Origin: Catajapyx aquilonaris
Taxonomy: Eukaryota
Direction: 5' to 3'
Length of the DNA stretch: 20,000 nt
Assembly: GCA_000934665.2 (NCBI GenBank)
Contig: KZ538387.1
Span: 56,377 to 76,376, forward strand
This document shows, piece by piece, positions 1 to 11,314 of this stretch. The stretch's first letter is position 1; the number at the start of each line of letters is the position of its first letter. The notes under the pieces are model-generated. The model was given only the letters and a program-made list of their open reading frames with translations, searched no databases and was not told the origin of the DNA. The translations under genes were made by a program, and so were the position numbers.

Positions 1-63
1 GCTACTGGCAGGTGTTTTCCCTTCATTCATTTCTTCCCGGGCAACGCCGGGTGCCGCAGCTAG
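1..63 (+). mobile_element. 3' terminus of a Helitron-like element inside an intron of CYP-1
   Basis: GC hairpin CCCGG-gcaacg-CCGGG (36-51) followed by CTAG (60-63) and then T. It closely matches the reverse complement of 2161-2190 (ttgccgagcaacgccgggtatcctgctagt). Confidence 0.75.
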
Positions 64-98
64 TACCGGTAATCAATAAAGAAATTAATAAATTGCAG

Positions 99-1943
99 GT
101 CTTTTGTTTAATGAGGGTGAAGAATGGAAGGAGCAACGTCGTTTTACCCTTAGGATGCTCAGAGACTATGGATTTGGAAAGAAATCTATGGAAAATCTAA
201 TCCAAGATGAGATCCATGAATTACTGGATATCCTCAGGTAAATAAGCTTGAATCGTATGAGTATGATTTTTTTTACAAATATTTTATTTATTTATTTTAA
301 AGAACAAAGAAAGAGGGGCAGTTGGTTTCACCTGAACATCTGTTCGAAATATCTGTGGTGAACTCACTATGGACAATCATATCTGGAGTCAGGTATTCTC
401 CTGATGACCCACGACTGAAGACATTGGTGGAAAGGCTTAGCAGGTAATACGAATAAAATACAGGTGTTAACCATCATACTGATCATGGGAAAATCCATAT
501 CTGATATTTCTATATAGAAAGTATAATATTAAAGGATATTTCAGAGATTTTGTAACAGTCGGAGCACAGGGGATGCCATTTTACTTTCCAACCATTTCAA
601 AATGGTTCCCAAACTTTTCTGGATACAACAAACTAAGCAGAGCCATCGAGGGAATAGCAGAGCTTGTTAAGGTCAGCATTCATATTGCTACACAAAATTC
701 TAGAAATTTTAAATTACTAACAACGTTGTTACAGAGCGAAATTTCAAATCACAAGAAGGATTATTCACCTAGCGGCCTTCGAGACTTTATGGACGCATAT
801 TTGAAAGAAATAGAAGATACTAAGAATCCCAATTCGTCGTTTTATCAAGAAACTGGAGGTAAATTAATCTTAGTTCATTGAAATTCAATCATTAATTGCT
901 GTCGATTGTACTCATAGAATTGTCCTTGATAACCACTCTGATTGACCTATTCGGAGGAGGAACAGAGACAACCACGACTGCCCTGACCTGGGCTTGTCTC
1001 TATCTGGCAGCATTCCCAGAAGTGCAGAAGAAGATCCATAAAGAGATGGACGATGTCCTTGGAAGAAATCATCTACCACAATTAGCAGACAAAGAACGGT
1101 ACGGTACATCTCACAAATGGTAGCCTAACATCTATAATATTAAAATCCTTGCGGGAGTTGGCCGAGCCCTCTGATTGGTCCGCCACATATTGTTACCGCC
1201 ACCTCCCCATTTGCCCGCGTTCTACTCATGCGCAATGGGGTGTAAACAACTCCTCTGTTGGGTTACCGGGGAAACTGTCCATTCCCCGGCGATATGGTGC
1301 GCCGAATAGGTACCCCAGGCCGTAGGCCTAGAAAAGAGCGAGCGTTTTCCTAGTAAAATAATTATTTTCTCTCTTTACAAGCCTTCCTTACTTCGAAGCC
1401 TACACGCAGGAGACATTTCGACTGTCAGGACTTGCACCAGTGTTAGTGTTCCACAAGACAATAGAAGACACAGGTAAATTCTTGTGAAATGTCAACATCT
1501 GACATTGTTAACAAGTTTTGCAGAGTTTCAGGGGTATGAGATTCCAAAAGACACGACGGTCATTATGAACGCCTGGTATGTCATGCATGATCCGAAGAAC
1601 TGGGAACGACCTAATGAGTTTTATCCGGAGCATTTTCTGGCCCCTGATGGATCCTTCAGGAACCGCGACGCTTTTATCTTATTCGGAACAGGTCAGCTAC
1701 TGCTAGAAACAGTGTTAACAATATATTGTTACATTGCAATCATTTATTGTAGGAAAGAGGGTGTGCCCTGCTGAGACTCTGGCTCGAACTAGTTTCTTCC
1801 TATTTCTGACCAGCATTTTGCAAGAATTCACATTGGAATTTCCTCCTGGAGAAAAACCCTCTTTGGATTTTGCTAGTCCTGGATTTACGTTGCGACCACA
1901 TCACTACAATGTGAAGTTTTGCAAGAGATCCAGCTCCTCATAG
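99..1943 (+). CDS. Cytochrome P450, CYP2-clan type (CYP-1), 5'-partial; exons 4-11: 99-237, 303-443, 545-671, 735-858, 918-1098, 1382-1473, 1524-1691, 1753-1943
   Basis: Spliced frame gives WKEQRRF (C-helix), DLFGGGTETT (I-helix), ETFR (ExxR), PEHF (PERF variant) and FGTGKRVCPAE (heme). All introns are GT-AG. Exons 4-10 match the paralogues in length; exon 11 is one codon longer. Confidence 0.95.
1131..1353 (+). mobile_element. Non-autonomous Helitron-like insertion (223 bp) in CYP-1 intron 8
   Basis: Starts A|TCTATAATATT and ends CTAG|T, with a subterminal hairpin AGGCC-gta-GGCCT (1317-1329) and a GC-rich interior. Removing it shrinks the 283-bp intron to 60 bp, close to the 57-bp equivalent intron of CYP-2 and CYP-3. 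Confidence 0.75.
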
Positions 1944-2161
1944 ACCAAACTTGATTCTGATATTCACTTATCCTGGTTCAGTCTAATCTAAACCAACAGT
2001 GTCAGAGTTCATATAGGGAGAAAGGAGAAACCCAAAAAGGATATGTTTCTGAGACTGGCTTTTGATGTGATCATAATTCTTCAAAATGAGAAATATCTCC
2101 AAGTCTATACGTATTGAGATTAATAAAATCTCTTGGTTCTCACTGTACGTTTATCATTAAA

Positions 2162-2427
2162 CTAGCAGGATACCCGGCGTTGCTCGGCAACTGAACAGGG
2201 GTTGTTTATACCAAATTAGAACAGGGGGCCAATGTCCCAAAGTCCTTTCCGCCTCCTGTGGCCAAGGATGACCTCGGAGGTCAATTCCAATGTGCTTAAA
2301 ACCTTCCCAGTAAAAAACTACCCCTAATGATACCCCTGGGGCATATGTCGGGGCCTCCGTATGGATTTGCATAGCGGATAACAGGACAGACAGACAGAGA
2401 GACATACGTCGAGAAATATGTATTAGA
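2162..2427 (-). mobile_element. Complete non-autonomous Helitron-like element (266 bp)
   Basis: On the - strand it starts A|TCTAATACAT, contains a (CTGT)n microsatellite near the 5' end, and ends with the hairpin CCGAGCAACGCCGG followed by CTAG|T. No TSD is seen. Confidence 0.8.
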
Positions 2428-2446
2428 TAATTATAACTTCCCAATA

Positions 2447-2742
2447 CACTATGCAACAGGATATTTGTCCATGGAAATTTATTGCTATTTCCCTGTTCCT
2501 TAGGTCATTCGTAATTCATAATGACCATTCAACTTTGATTTGTTTTTGACCTCGGGGAAGTCAAAAAACCAAAATCCTCAAATGCAGCATTTTTTCCCAA
2601 TAAAGTGGGACTCAATGCTGCTAGACCATTACTAGACCATCTCGGACAACATGAATGGTCATTATGATTACGGGTGACCTAAGGAACATGAATGTGACGA
2701 TGAATTTACATGGACAAAAAAGAGTCAAATTTTGTTGCAGTG
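2447..2742. mobile_element. MITE with long imperfect TIRs (about 90 bp)
   Basis: Ends are CACTATGCAACA and TGTTGCAGTG. Internal arm ttccttaggtcattcgtaattcataatgaccattca is the near reverse complement of 2652-2686. Flanks are ATA/TTA. The empty site (ataacttccca-ttatcaagg) is visible in the duplicated copy at about 3026-3045. Confidence 0.8.
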
Positions 2743-3234
2743 TTATCAAGGACTGTCTTAACATTTGATAATTATGGAGATACATAACCAATAAGTACTC
2801 CAAGGACAATGATGACTTGACTGCAAGATGAAGGGCATGACCAAGGAAATTTAACGATACATAATCACTCAAGTATCTCTCACATCGTAGCTTGGAAAAA
2901 GGCTGCGTACAATCAGTTGGTGACTTGACTATTTGCTCAATCAACAATATATTTATATGAAATCATGCATCATTCGTGCAAAGTCATGTGAGGCATCAAC
3001 AACACACAGTTTCTAATTATTAAATATAACTTCCCATTATCAAGGGCGGTCTTAACCTTTGATATGAAGATGCATAATCAGTGGGCACTTCAAGGACAAT
3101 GATCACTTAAATGCAAGATGAAGTGCGTGACCAATCAAATCTAACGATAAAAAATATTATTACGCAAGTATATCTCACATCGTAACATGGAAAAAAGGCT
3201 TGGTACAAATCAGTTGGTGTCTTGACTATTTGCT
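2743..3234 (+). repeat. Direct duplication (about 195 bp) of the CYP-2 promoter-proximal region: 2743-2937 and 3037-3234
   Basis: Collinear blocks ttatcaagg..gtcttaac, caaggacaatgat, tgcaagatgaag, ctcacatcgta and aatcagttggtg.cttgactatttgct occur in both copies. Confidence 0.85.
2977..2987 (-). promoter_or_regulatory. Candidate CncC/Nrf2-Maf antioxidant response element ATGACTTTGCA
   Basis: Matches RTGAYnnnGCA about 270 bp upstream of the CYP-2 ATG. It lies in a roughly 55-bp block repeated at about 5475-5525 (site degenerate) and about 8688-8745 (GTGATTTTGC at 8708-8717). Confidence 0.35.
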
Positions 3235-3258
3235 AAGTGAACGCAAAATTTTAGCAAG

Positions 3259-5402
3259 ATGATCCGCGAATTGTTGATGTGCGTTTTCGCTCTTTTGATC
3301 GCCTTTGAATATTTCCGGAGAAAACAGCAACACAGCGGGAAGTATCCTCCCGGTAAGTAGTATGCTAATGATCTTTGATAATGTGAAGTAGGCTACAATT
3401 TTACTACAAATTGTTTGTAGGCCCAACAGGAATTCCCATCCTTGGCTACCTGCCATTCCTGGGTTCGAACCCATTTTTGGGAATGGGAAAACTCACTAAG
3501 AAGTATGGAGACATATACAGCATGAGTTTCGGGCCTTTGAAGTAAGGTATTTTTATTTATTAACACTTTTAAATATTTACGAGTGTCTTTTGCAGATGTG
3601 TGGTATTAAACAGCATAAGTCTCATTCGTGAGGCTAGCAAGCGAAACGAGTTCAGTGGTCGGCCTTCATTTGAAATGTCCAAAATTTGGGCAGGTCGAGG
3701 CACTGAACATGCGCACGGTAAATATTCAATTACTAGTTGATAAAATTATGAATTATTTTCTAATAAGAAATATGATATATTGCAGGAATAATATTTTCTG
3801 AAGGTGAAGAGTGGAAGGAGCAACGTAGATTTACACTTAGAATGCTCAGAGACTTTGGGTTTGGCAGGAAATCTATGGAGAATATGATCCAAGATGAGGT
3901 TCACGAACTGATGGAAACTCTAAGGCAAGACATCTCTTGATTTATAATAGGCTATGTGATTCTAAATATATTTTACAGAAATAAGAAGGAAGGCCAACTG
4001 GTTACACCCGAGCATCTGTTCGAAATATCTGTGGTGAACTCCCTGTGGACAATTGTGTCTGGGATCAGGTATGCACCTGATGACCCAAGACTGAACGTAT
4101 TGGTGGAGAAGCTCAGCAGGTAAGCCAAACATATAGCCTACTGATAATAATTGTGTCGGAACTCAATCAACAATGCTCCATATTCATTTCAGGGATTTTG
4201 TGACAGTAGGAGCACAAGGGATGCCATTTTACCTGCCAACTCTGTCAAAAATGTTCCCAGATTTATCCGGATATAACAAACTGCGGAAAGCTCTCGGAGG
4301 GATTGAAGATTTTGCGAAGGTCAGTGCAGGATCTCGATCAATTTTTGCTGGTGGTATGTGACATTGACCTGATTATCAATATGACTGTGCTACAGGTGGA
4401 GATTTCAAATCACAGGAAAGACTATTCACCCAGCAGCCCTCGTGACTTCATGGACATGTACATGAAGGAAATAGAAAACACGAATGATCCCAATTCGTCT
4501 TTTTATCGAGAAAAAGGGGGTAAGACAAGAAAATACTTGTCATTGTTGATTCTATGTGTATTCGCTTGTATTTTGCAGAATTATCCTTCCAATCTACACT
4601 CATTGACCTCTTTGGAGCTGGGACTGAAACATCAACAACTGCCCTGTCATGGGCATGTCTCTACCTGGCCACACATCCAGAGGTGCAAAAGAAAATCCAC
4701 AAAGAAATGGACGAGGTAATTGGAAGGAACCAACTGCCACAATTAGCAGACAAGGAACGGTAATAATTGAGCTGTAATGTCATTTAAAATATATTCTAAT
4801 TATTTCTTATCACCAGCCTGCCATACTTCGACGCAGTGACTCACGAGACCTTTCGATTGTCAGCCCTAGTACCCTTGTTGGTGTTTCATAAAGCAACGGA
4901 AGACACTGGTAAAAACATCAATGTTACATATTTAAAATGAAATTGATATCGGAACTTTGACTTGCAGAGTTGCAAGGTTATGAGATTCCAAAAGACACAA
5001 CAGTCCTCATGAACGCTTGGTATGTCATGCACGATCCGAGGAACTGGGAAAGACCTAATGAGTTTTATCCAGAGCATTTTCTGGCTCCTGATGGATCCTT
5101 CAAGAACCACGAGGCTTTCATTTTATTTGGAACCGGTGAGATTTTTTTCATTCTAGTTAAGAAACATAGCAGTAATTTGCAGTAACACTACTATTCATTT
5201 ATCAATATTTGCAGGAAAGAGAGTATGCTTGGGAGAAAATTTAGCAAGGCTGACCTTCTTCTTGTTCTTGTCCAACATATTACACGAATTCACTATTGAG
5301 TTACCTCCAGGAGAAAAACCGGCTCTCAATTTTACAAGCCCCGGATTCACTCTACGTCCACACCCTTTCAATATCAAGTTCTGTAAGAGGTTTCGCCAAT
5401 AG
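3259..5402 (+). CDS. Cytochrome P450, CYP2-clan type (CYP-2), complete, 498 aa; exons 3259-3352, 3421-3541, 3596-3717, 3786-3924, 3979-4119, 4193-4319, 4396-4519, 4579-4759, 4817-4908, 4968-5135, 5215-5402
   Basis: N-terminal membrane anchor MIRELLMCVFALLIAF, PPGP hinge, FSGRP, WKEQRRF, AGTETS, ETFR, PEHF and FGTGKRVCLGE. The spliced frame is 1497 nt. Intron 4 has a GC donor. AATAAA at 5426. Confidence 0.96.
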
Positions 5403-5768
5403 GATCATCCCAAAGTCTGTATAAGAATAAACAATATCAGTCTATTCAACAGGGACGTTTTGCCTCAATATTTTATGAAATCATGCATCATTCGTGCAAA
5501 GTGATGTGATGCATCAACAACACCCACAGGCACGCTACCTTGGTAATTTCACGTCATTACCTAAGTTCCTTATTGCAACATATTATCATCACCTTATCTT
5601 GTAAAAATTTTATATCATTGCGGATATTTATCATAGATGTCACTACTGTCTATTGTGGATAAAACGCACTAAACGATCTAATCTAGACAGATATCAGTCA
5701 TATCACTATTTGCACTCTTCTTTTAATCTTGAGATGCATTATCCCTGCAACATGCCAGTGAGTGACTT

Positions 5769-5886
5769 AAAGAGCAGTAACTATGACTGTATACTGGGTT
5801 TCACATTTAACTACTCTTGACAATTTATCAGCCTGCCATACTTTGAAGTGGTGACTCATGAGATCTTGAGGTTCTCAACACTTACT
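5769..5886 (+). pseudogene. Orphan P450 fragment (intron 8 plus 5' part of exon 9) of CYP-4 type
   Basis: gtaactatga..tactgggttt.acatttaactact matches CYP-4 intron 8 (from 10441). The exon part from 5832 reads LPYFEVVTHEILRFSTLT versus CYP-4 LPYFEAVTYEILRLSSLT. Confidence 0.85.
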
Positions 5887-6482
5887 AAAAATGTCTTCCA
5901 GTATCAAATGAGATCCGGATATTTTAATCTCGAAGTTCATTATCCAGTCAGTAAATATCAATTTCAAGGTGTATGTACAGTAGATATCAGGCCAAAATTT
6001 CTCTCGTTATTTGTATGTCGTTAGGTTAAGTTGTATAATGTTGTCGCTCCGTTACACTGCTGCATACGAGTGGGAGGTCACATGTGAGAGGCACAGGTTA
6101 TCTTCAGGAGGGGGAAGGTGGGTGGTGAGGAAGGACCGGTATTACTTATTGGGCATTATACGCATCGGTCATTGTCTCATCTGATATGGAATATCACACT
6201 AAAACTGTCTTCTCCGCATCAAGCTGAGGTCAACACCTTTTTAATCTTGAGGTGAATTGTCCAACAAGTACAGTACATATCAATTGCCTGCAACATGAAG
6301 TGCGTGACTTAAGATATCAACCCATAAATAATTTTCGCCAATCTTCCTTATCATAAACACTCAAAAATTTTAGGTGTTCACACGGTGCGTTTCTTCTCAC
6401 TCTTCACAGCGATACACATTTTCAGGTCTTTCACACCTGATTTTAGTGAGTAATCCTACATAGTAATGATTTGCTAGGCAAA

Positions 6483-8613
6483 ATGATACGCGAATTGTTG
6501 CTATGCATTTTTGCAATATTCATCGCCTTTCAATACTTTCGGAGGAAACAACACAGCAATGGGAAATATCCACCAGGTGAGTAGTATGCTAATGATCTTC
6601 GTGAAGTACAATTTACTACAAATTGTTTGTATAGGCCCAACAGGGATTCCAATCCTTGGCTACCTGCCATTCCTGGGTTCGAACCCATTTTTGGGAATGG
6701 GACAACTCACTAAGAAGTATGGAGACATATACAGCATGAGTTTCGGGTCTTTGAAGTAAGGTAATTTTATTTATTAATACGTTTAAATATTTACGAGTGT
6801 CTTTTGCAGATGTGTGGTATTAAACAGCATAAGTCTCATTCGTGAAGCTAGCAAGCGAAACGAGTTCAGCGGTCGGCCTTCTTTTGAAATGGCCAAAATG
6901 TGGGCAGGTCGAGGCACTGATCACGCGCACGGTAAATATTCAGTTAGTTGATAAAATGATTAATTATTTTCTAATATGATAATATTTCAGGTGTGATATT
7001 TTCTGAAGGTGAAGAGTGGAAGGAGCAACGTAGATTTACACTTAGAATGCTCAGAGACTTTGGGTTTGGCAGGAAATCTATGGAAAATTTGGTTCAAGAT
7101 GAGGTCCACGAACTGATGGAAACTCTAAGGCAACACATTTCCTGATTAATAATAAGCTCTCATGTAATATTCATTAATTTATTTCGCAGAAAAAAGAAGG
7201 AAGGTCAACTTGTGTCACCTGAGCACTTGTTCGAGATATCTGTGGTGAACTCCCTATGGACAATTGTGTCTGGGGTCAGGTATGCACCTGATGACCCAAG
7301 ACTGAACGTATTGGTGGAGAAACTCAGCAGGTCAGCCAAAAAATACACTGATGATAATATTGTGCCATGGATCTATTAACAATGAGAAAGCTTCATAAAT
7401 CATAATCATTTCAGAGATTTTGCAACAGTTGGAGCACAAGGTATGCCCTTTTACCTGCCAAATTTGTCCAAAATGTTCCCAAATATCTCCGGATACAACA
7501 CGTTGTATAAGGCTGTGCAGGGGATCACCGAGTTTGTGCAGGTCAATACGCAGATTGTGATAGGTGATTTGATACTTACAATATGTGCTACATACAGGTG
7601 GAGATTTCAAATCACAGGAAGGATTATTCGCCCAGCAGCCCTCGTGACTTCATGGACATGTACATGAAGGAAATGGAAACCACGAATGATCCCAATTCGT
7701 CTTTTTATCGAGAAAAAGGGGGTAAGACAAGAAAGTACTTGTCATATAGAATTATTTCGATTGTTTGTGTATTCGCTTGTATTTTGCAGAATTATCCTTC
7801 CTAACTACGCTCATTGACCTGTTTGGAGCTGGGACTGAAACATCAACCACTGCCCTAACATGGGCATGTCTCTACCTGGCCACACATCCAGAGGTCCAAA
7901 AGAAGATCCACAAAGAAATGGACGAGGTCATTGGAAGGAACAAACTGCCACAATTAGCAGACAAGGAACGGTAATAATTGCTCTGTAATGTCATTTAAAA
8001 TATGTTCTAATTATTTCTTATCACCAGCCTGCCATACTTCGACGCAGTGACTCACGAAACCTTTCGATTGTCAGCCCTAGTGCCTCTAATGGTGTTTCAT
8101 AAAGCAACGGAAGACACTGGTAAACACATCAATGTTACATATTTAAAATGAAATTGATATATGAACTTTGCCTTGCAGAGTTGCAAGGTTATGAGATTCC
8201 AAAAGACACAACAGTTCTCATGAACTCTTGGTATGTCATGCACGATCCGAAGAACTGGGAAAGACCTAATGAGTTTTATCCAGAGCATTTTCTGGCTCCT
8301 GATGGATCCTTCAGAAACCGCGAAGCTTTCATTTTATTTGGAACCGGTGAGATATATTCCACTCTAGTGAAGAAACATAGGAGTAATTTGCATTAACACT
8401 ACCATTCATTTTTCAATGTTTGCAGGAAAGAGGGTATGCTTGGGAGAAAATTTGGCAAGGCTGACCTTCTTCTTGTTCTTGTCCAACATATTACACGAAT
8501 TCATTGTTGAGTTACCTCCAGGAGAAAAACCGGCTCTCAATTTTGCAAGCCCCGGATTCACTCTGCGTCCACACCCTTTCAATATCAAGTTCTGCAAGAG
8601 GTTTCGCCAGTAG
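6483..8613 (+). CDS. Cytochrome P450, CYP2-clan type (CYP-3), complete, 498 aa; exons 6483-6576, 6635-6755, 6810-6931, 6991-7129, 7190-7330, 7415-7541, 7598-7721, 7790-7970, 8028-8119, 8179-8346, 8426-8613
   Basis: Same motifs and exon lengths as CYP-2. GC donor at intron 4 (7130-7131). AATAAA at 8637. Confidence 0.96.
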
Positions 8614-8946
8614 GATCATCCCAAAGTCTGTATAAGAATAAACAATATCAGTCTATTCAACAGTGACGTTTTTCATAAATATTTTTATATGAAATCATAA
8701 AATTCGCGCAAAATCACGTGAGGTATCAACATCACCAACAGGCACGCAGCCAATTATTCTTTTTCTCCAACCTTCCTTATACGTACTACGTAACAAGCAA
8801 AAAATGACCACATGCTTTCCAATCGTGGCGCAGATCCTCTCTCTTCATGACGTCTCGCATTTTCTGGTCATTCAATCCAGCTTTCCAAGGGCATCAAGCA
8901 ACCTACACAGCGTATGAGACCAGTTAGTAGTGACAAAGGTAGCAAA

Positions 8947-11204
8947 ATGATACGCGAATTGTTGCTGTGCATTTTTGGAATATTTTTCGCCTTTGAATAT
9001 TTTCGGAGAAAACAACGGAATGGGAAATATCCTCCAGGTGAGTAGCCAGCTGAGTAGCCAGCTGAGTAGTATCTTTGGGAAATTAATTTGACTACGTGGG
9101 TTGCAGGACCAACAGGGATACCTGGCCTTGGCTACCTGCCATTCCTGGGTTCGAACCCATTTTTGGGTATGGGAAAGCTCACCAAAAAGTATGGAGATAT
9201 GTACAGCATGAGTTTTGGACCATTGAGGTAAGGTAACTAGTTAATAACTACATAATGGGAGTTAACAAATATATTTTGCAGATGTGTAGTATTAAACAGC
9301 ATAAATCTTATTCGTGAAGCTAGTAAACGACCTGAGTTTAGTGGTCGCCCTTCTTTTGAACTTGGAAAAATGTGGTCAGGTCGAGGCACTGACCACTCGT
9401 ACGGTAAATTTGAGTTACTAGTTATATGTTGAATAACATAGTAAGAGAGATAATATGATATTGCAGGATTGATATTTTCTGAAGGTGAAGAGTGGAAGGA
9501 GCAACGTAGATTTACTATTAGGATGCTCAGAGACTTTGGGTTTGGCCGGAAATCTATGGAAAATTTGGTTCAAGATGAGGTCCATGAACTGATGGAAACT
9601 CTAAGGTAACACATTTCTCGATTCATTTTAAGTGATCATCTATTAATTAATATATTTTGCAGAAATAAGAAGGAAGGTCAACTGGTTTCACCCGAGCATC
9701 TGTTCGAAATATCTGTGGTGAACTCTCTCTGGACAATTGTGTCTGGGGTCAGGTATGCTCATGATGACCCCAGACTTAACATATTGGTGGAGAAGCTAAG
9801 CAGGTAAACCTTACAATGCTATTCAGTATGTAAACCTCACTGATTTTTCCCAATTTAATTTAATAATTATTTCAGGGAATTCGTAACAATTGGAGCACAA
9901 GGGTTGCCATTTTATATGCCAGGTCTATCTAAAATGTTCCCAGATTTTTCCGGATATAACAAACTGCGTGACGCTATTGGAGGGATTGAAGAGTTTGTGA
10001 AGGTCTGTACATTTTATGTCATACTTGACATTATAAGCCTGTGTCATTGTGTTTCAGGCTGAAATCTCAAATCACAAGAAGGATTATTCATCCAGCAGTC
10101 CTAGAGACTTCATGGATATGTACCTGAAGGAAATAGAAGACACGAATGATCCCAATTCCTCATTTTATCGAGAAAATGGGGGTAAGTTCAATAAATATTC
10201 GCAATTAATAATTTAAGCGAAAGGATTCATTTAAGCCACACGATTTTTGTGATCCACAGAATTATCCTTCATAAGTACATTATTTGACCTGTTCGGAGCT
10301 GGGACTGAAACAACAACCACTTCCCTGACATGGGCCTGCCTCTACCTGGCGACATATCCAGAGGTGCAGAAAAAAATCCACAAGGAAATGGACAAGGTCC
10401 TTGGAAAGAACCAACTGCCTCAGTTTTCAGACAAAGAGCGGTAACTATGAATGTACTGGGTTTCCCATTTAACTACTATTGACCATTTATAATTTAATTA
10501 CATTCAGCCTGCCGTACTTTGAGGCCGTGACGTATGAAATCCTTAGGTTGTCATCACTTACGCCAACCCTAGTGTTCCACAAGACAGTAGAAGACCCTGG
10601 TAAACACCTCAAATTGCACCTAACAAAATTAATTGATATTTCAGATATATATCGGCAACCTTTGACTTACAAAGTTTCAAGGTTATGAGATCCCAAAAGA
10701 CACGACTGTGATTATGAACTCTTGGTATGTCATGCACGATCCGAAGAACTGGGAGCGACCTAATGAGTTTTATCCAGAGCATTTTCTGGCTCCTGATGGA
10801 TCCTTCAGGAACCGGGAAGCTTTCATTTTATTTGGCACAGGTGAGCTTTTTATCACATCTAGTGAAGATACGTAGGAGTATTTTGTAGTAACACTAACTG
10901 TAAGTACACTCTTAACCATTTACCTTCTCCAGAGAAGGTAAAAAGAGGCCCCTTTTTACCCTCTATTTTATAAGGTAATACATGCAGTATACGATTCATT
11001 TTATCAATCTTTGCAGGAAAGAGGGTGTGCCTGGGAGAGAATTTGGCAAGACTGACCTTCTTCTTGTTCTTATCCAACATCTTACATGAATTCACTCTGG
11101 AGTTGCCTCCAGGAAACAAGCCGTCCCTCGATTTTTCAAGCCCCGGATTCACTCTTCGTCCCCACGTATTCAAAGTCAAGTTCTGCAAGAGGACTAGCCA
11201 ATAA
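8947..11204 (+). CDS. Cytochrome P450, CYP2-clan type (CYP-4), nominally 497 aa, with a defective intron-9 acceptor (possible young pseudogene); exons 8947-9037, 9107-9227, 9282-9403, 9467-9605, 9663-9803, 9876-10002, 10058-10181, 10260-10440, 10508-10599, (10673)-10840, 11017-11204
   Basis: All P450 motifs are present (AGTETT, EILR, PEHF, FGTGKRVCLGE). The acceptor equivalent to ttgcag|AGTTG in the paralogues reads ttacaa|AGTTT here. AATAAA at 11230. Confidence 0.9.
10907..10988. mobile_element. Truncated copy of a CACT-ended foldback/MITE family in CYP-4 intron 10
   Basis: cactcttaaccatttaccttctc is identical to the sequence from 11664. The intron is about 97 bp longer than in CYP-2 and CYP-3. 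10953-10986 is the near reverse complement of 19964-19997. Confidence 0.75.
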
Positions 11205-11314
11205 GAACATCTCAAACAATATGTTTTTGAATAAACGATTCACTTCATCGGAAAAATCATCATTAAAGTACAGCAATCCCAAAGGAACATTTATTTCGCA
11301 GATATGTTCCTCTT

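Noticed and set aside
1..68. Open frame LLAGVFPSF... as a divergent CYP-1 exon 3
   Set aside because: It would need a 30-bp intron and lacks the FSGRP motif. It is better explained as a Helitron 3' end inside the intron.
2157..2947. ORFs 2157-2456 and 2621-2947 as genes
   Set aside because: They lie within the Helitron, the MITE and the promoter duplication, and show no recognisable protein features.
9039..9068. 12-bp tandem duplication (tgagtagccagc) at the start of CYP-4 intron 1
   Set aside because: Simple slippage. The repeats lack the leading G of the GT donor, so they do not recreate the GTGAGT donor.
912..11215. Minus-strand ORFs overlapping the P450 exons (e.g. 912-1109, 4886-5110, 5195-5377, 8406-8597, 10859-11215)
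   Set aside because: They are antisense shadows of the P450 coding exons and recur only because the P450s are duplicated.
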